Below are positions 25,945-26,236 of a DNA stretch of 26,236 bases, in pieces. The DNA lies in NCBI GenBank assembly GCA_964601095.1, contig CAZRMG010000002.1:3202-29437 (forward strand), read 5' to 3'. Each line of letters begins with the position of its first letter. The first letter of the stretch is position 1. Under the pieces are notes generated by a model. The model saw only the letters and a program-made list of their open reading frames with translations, ran no database searches and was not told the DNA's origin. The translations under genes and the position numbers were made by a program. The DNA is from an uncultured Melioribacteraceae bacterium (GTDB taxonomy: Bacteria > Bacteroidota > Ignavibacteria > Ignavibacteriales > Melioribacteraceae).

Positions 25945-26236
25945 ACGAAACTTTAACCGCCCACGCAACACTTATCAATCAAAAAGTCAAATTCTAAGGG
26001 AATAGCGGCGACAACCCGCCGGTGATCTTGGATTACACTCCCCCTTACGGCGATAACGAAGGTTACACCTCGCTTCAATTATTCTTAGTTAGTCTTTGCT
26101 CATGCAGCGGAACGACTTTGATTTTCCTGCTGAGAAAAATGCAGAAAACAATTACCGGTTTTTCCGTAAACGCAAGCGGAAAAAGACGTGAGGAACATCC
26201 GACATATTTTAAAAGCATCAATCTTGAGTTTACTAT
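25941..26236 (+). pseudogene. OsmC-family protein with an in-frame TAA at codon 19; truncated by the window end
   Basis: ATG at 25941 overlaps the AraC TGA. Translation MNETLTAHATLINQKVKF*GNSGDNPPVILDYTPPYGDNEGYTSLQLFLVSLCSCSGTTLIFLLRKMQKTITGFSVNASGKRREEHPTYFKSINLEFT is OsmC-like on both sides of the stop (25995-25997). Confidence 0.75.

Noticed and set aside
25995-25997. Stop-codon reassignment, selenocysteine or pyrrolysine read-through in the OsmC gene
   Set aside because: The codon is TAA, not TGA or TAG, and TAA terminates many intact genes in this window.
1-26236. CRISPR array, tRNA, rRNA, transposase, integrase or prophage genes
   Set aside because: No regularly spaced direct repeats, cloverleaf or rRNA-like sequence, or mobile-element protein motifs were seen; intergenic gaps are mostly under 260 bp.

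Overview
A gene-dense, AT-rich bacterial chromosomal segment. Shine-Dalgarno motifs (AGGAG/GGAGG-like), a CarboxypepD_reg-type TonB receptor and short Bacteroidota-style PabB/IorA suggest an FCB-group organism such as an Ignavibacteria-like lineage (inference, not verified). Left to right: the 3' end of signal peptidase I; a minus-strand membrane protein, winged-helix regulator, TPR protein and TonB-dependent receptor cluster carrying two near-identical palindromic operator boxes; a frameshifted polysaccharide deacetylase; an amidohydrolase; an EamA transporter; a YghO/bacterial-ceramide-synthase-like GNAT protein; an alpha/beta hydrolase; a TruA-family enzyme; a HIT-like protein; a minus-strand run paaK, ACT, aminotransferase, pabB, pabC, zinc ribbon, DAGK-family kinase, divergent from iorA, iorB and an ADP-forming acyl-CoA synthetase; an ABC-F ATPase; and SRPBCC-like, cupin, AraC and OsmC genes (the last with an in-frame stop and cut by the window edge). 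The strongest unannotated signal is the ABC-F 5' leader: an SD-led 4-codon uORF (MKRA) inside a long anti-antiterminator hairpin, followed by overlapping antiterminator and terminator stems. This is the layout of an antibiotic-sensing ribosome-dependent attenuator. No rRNA, tRNA, CRISPR array or transposase was seen.
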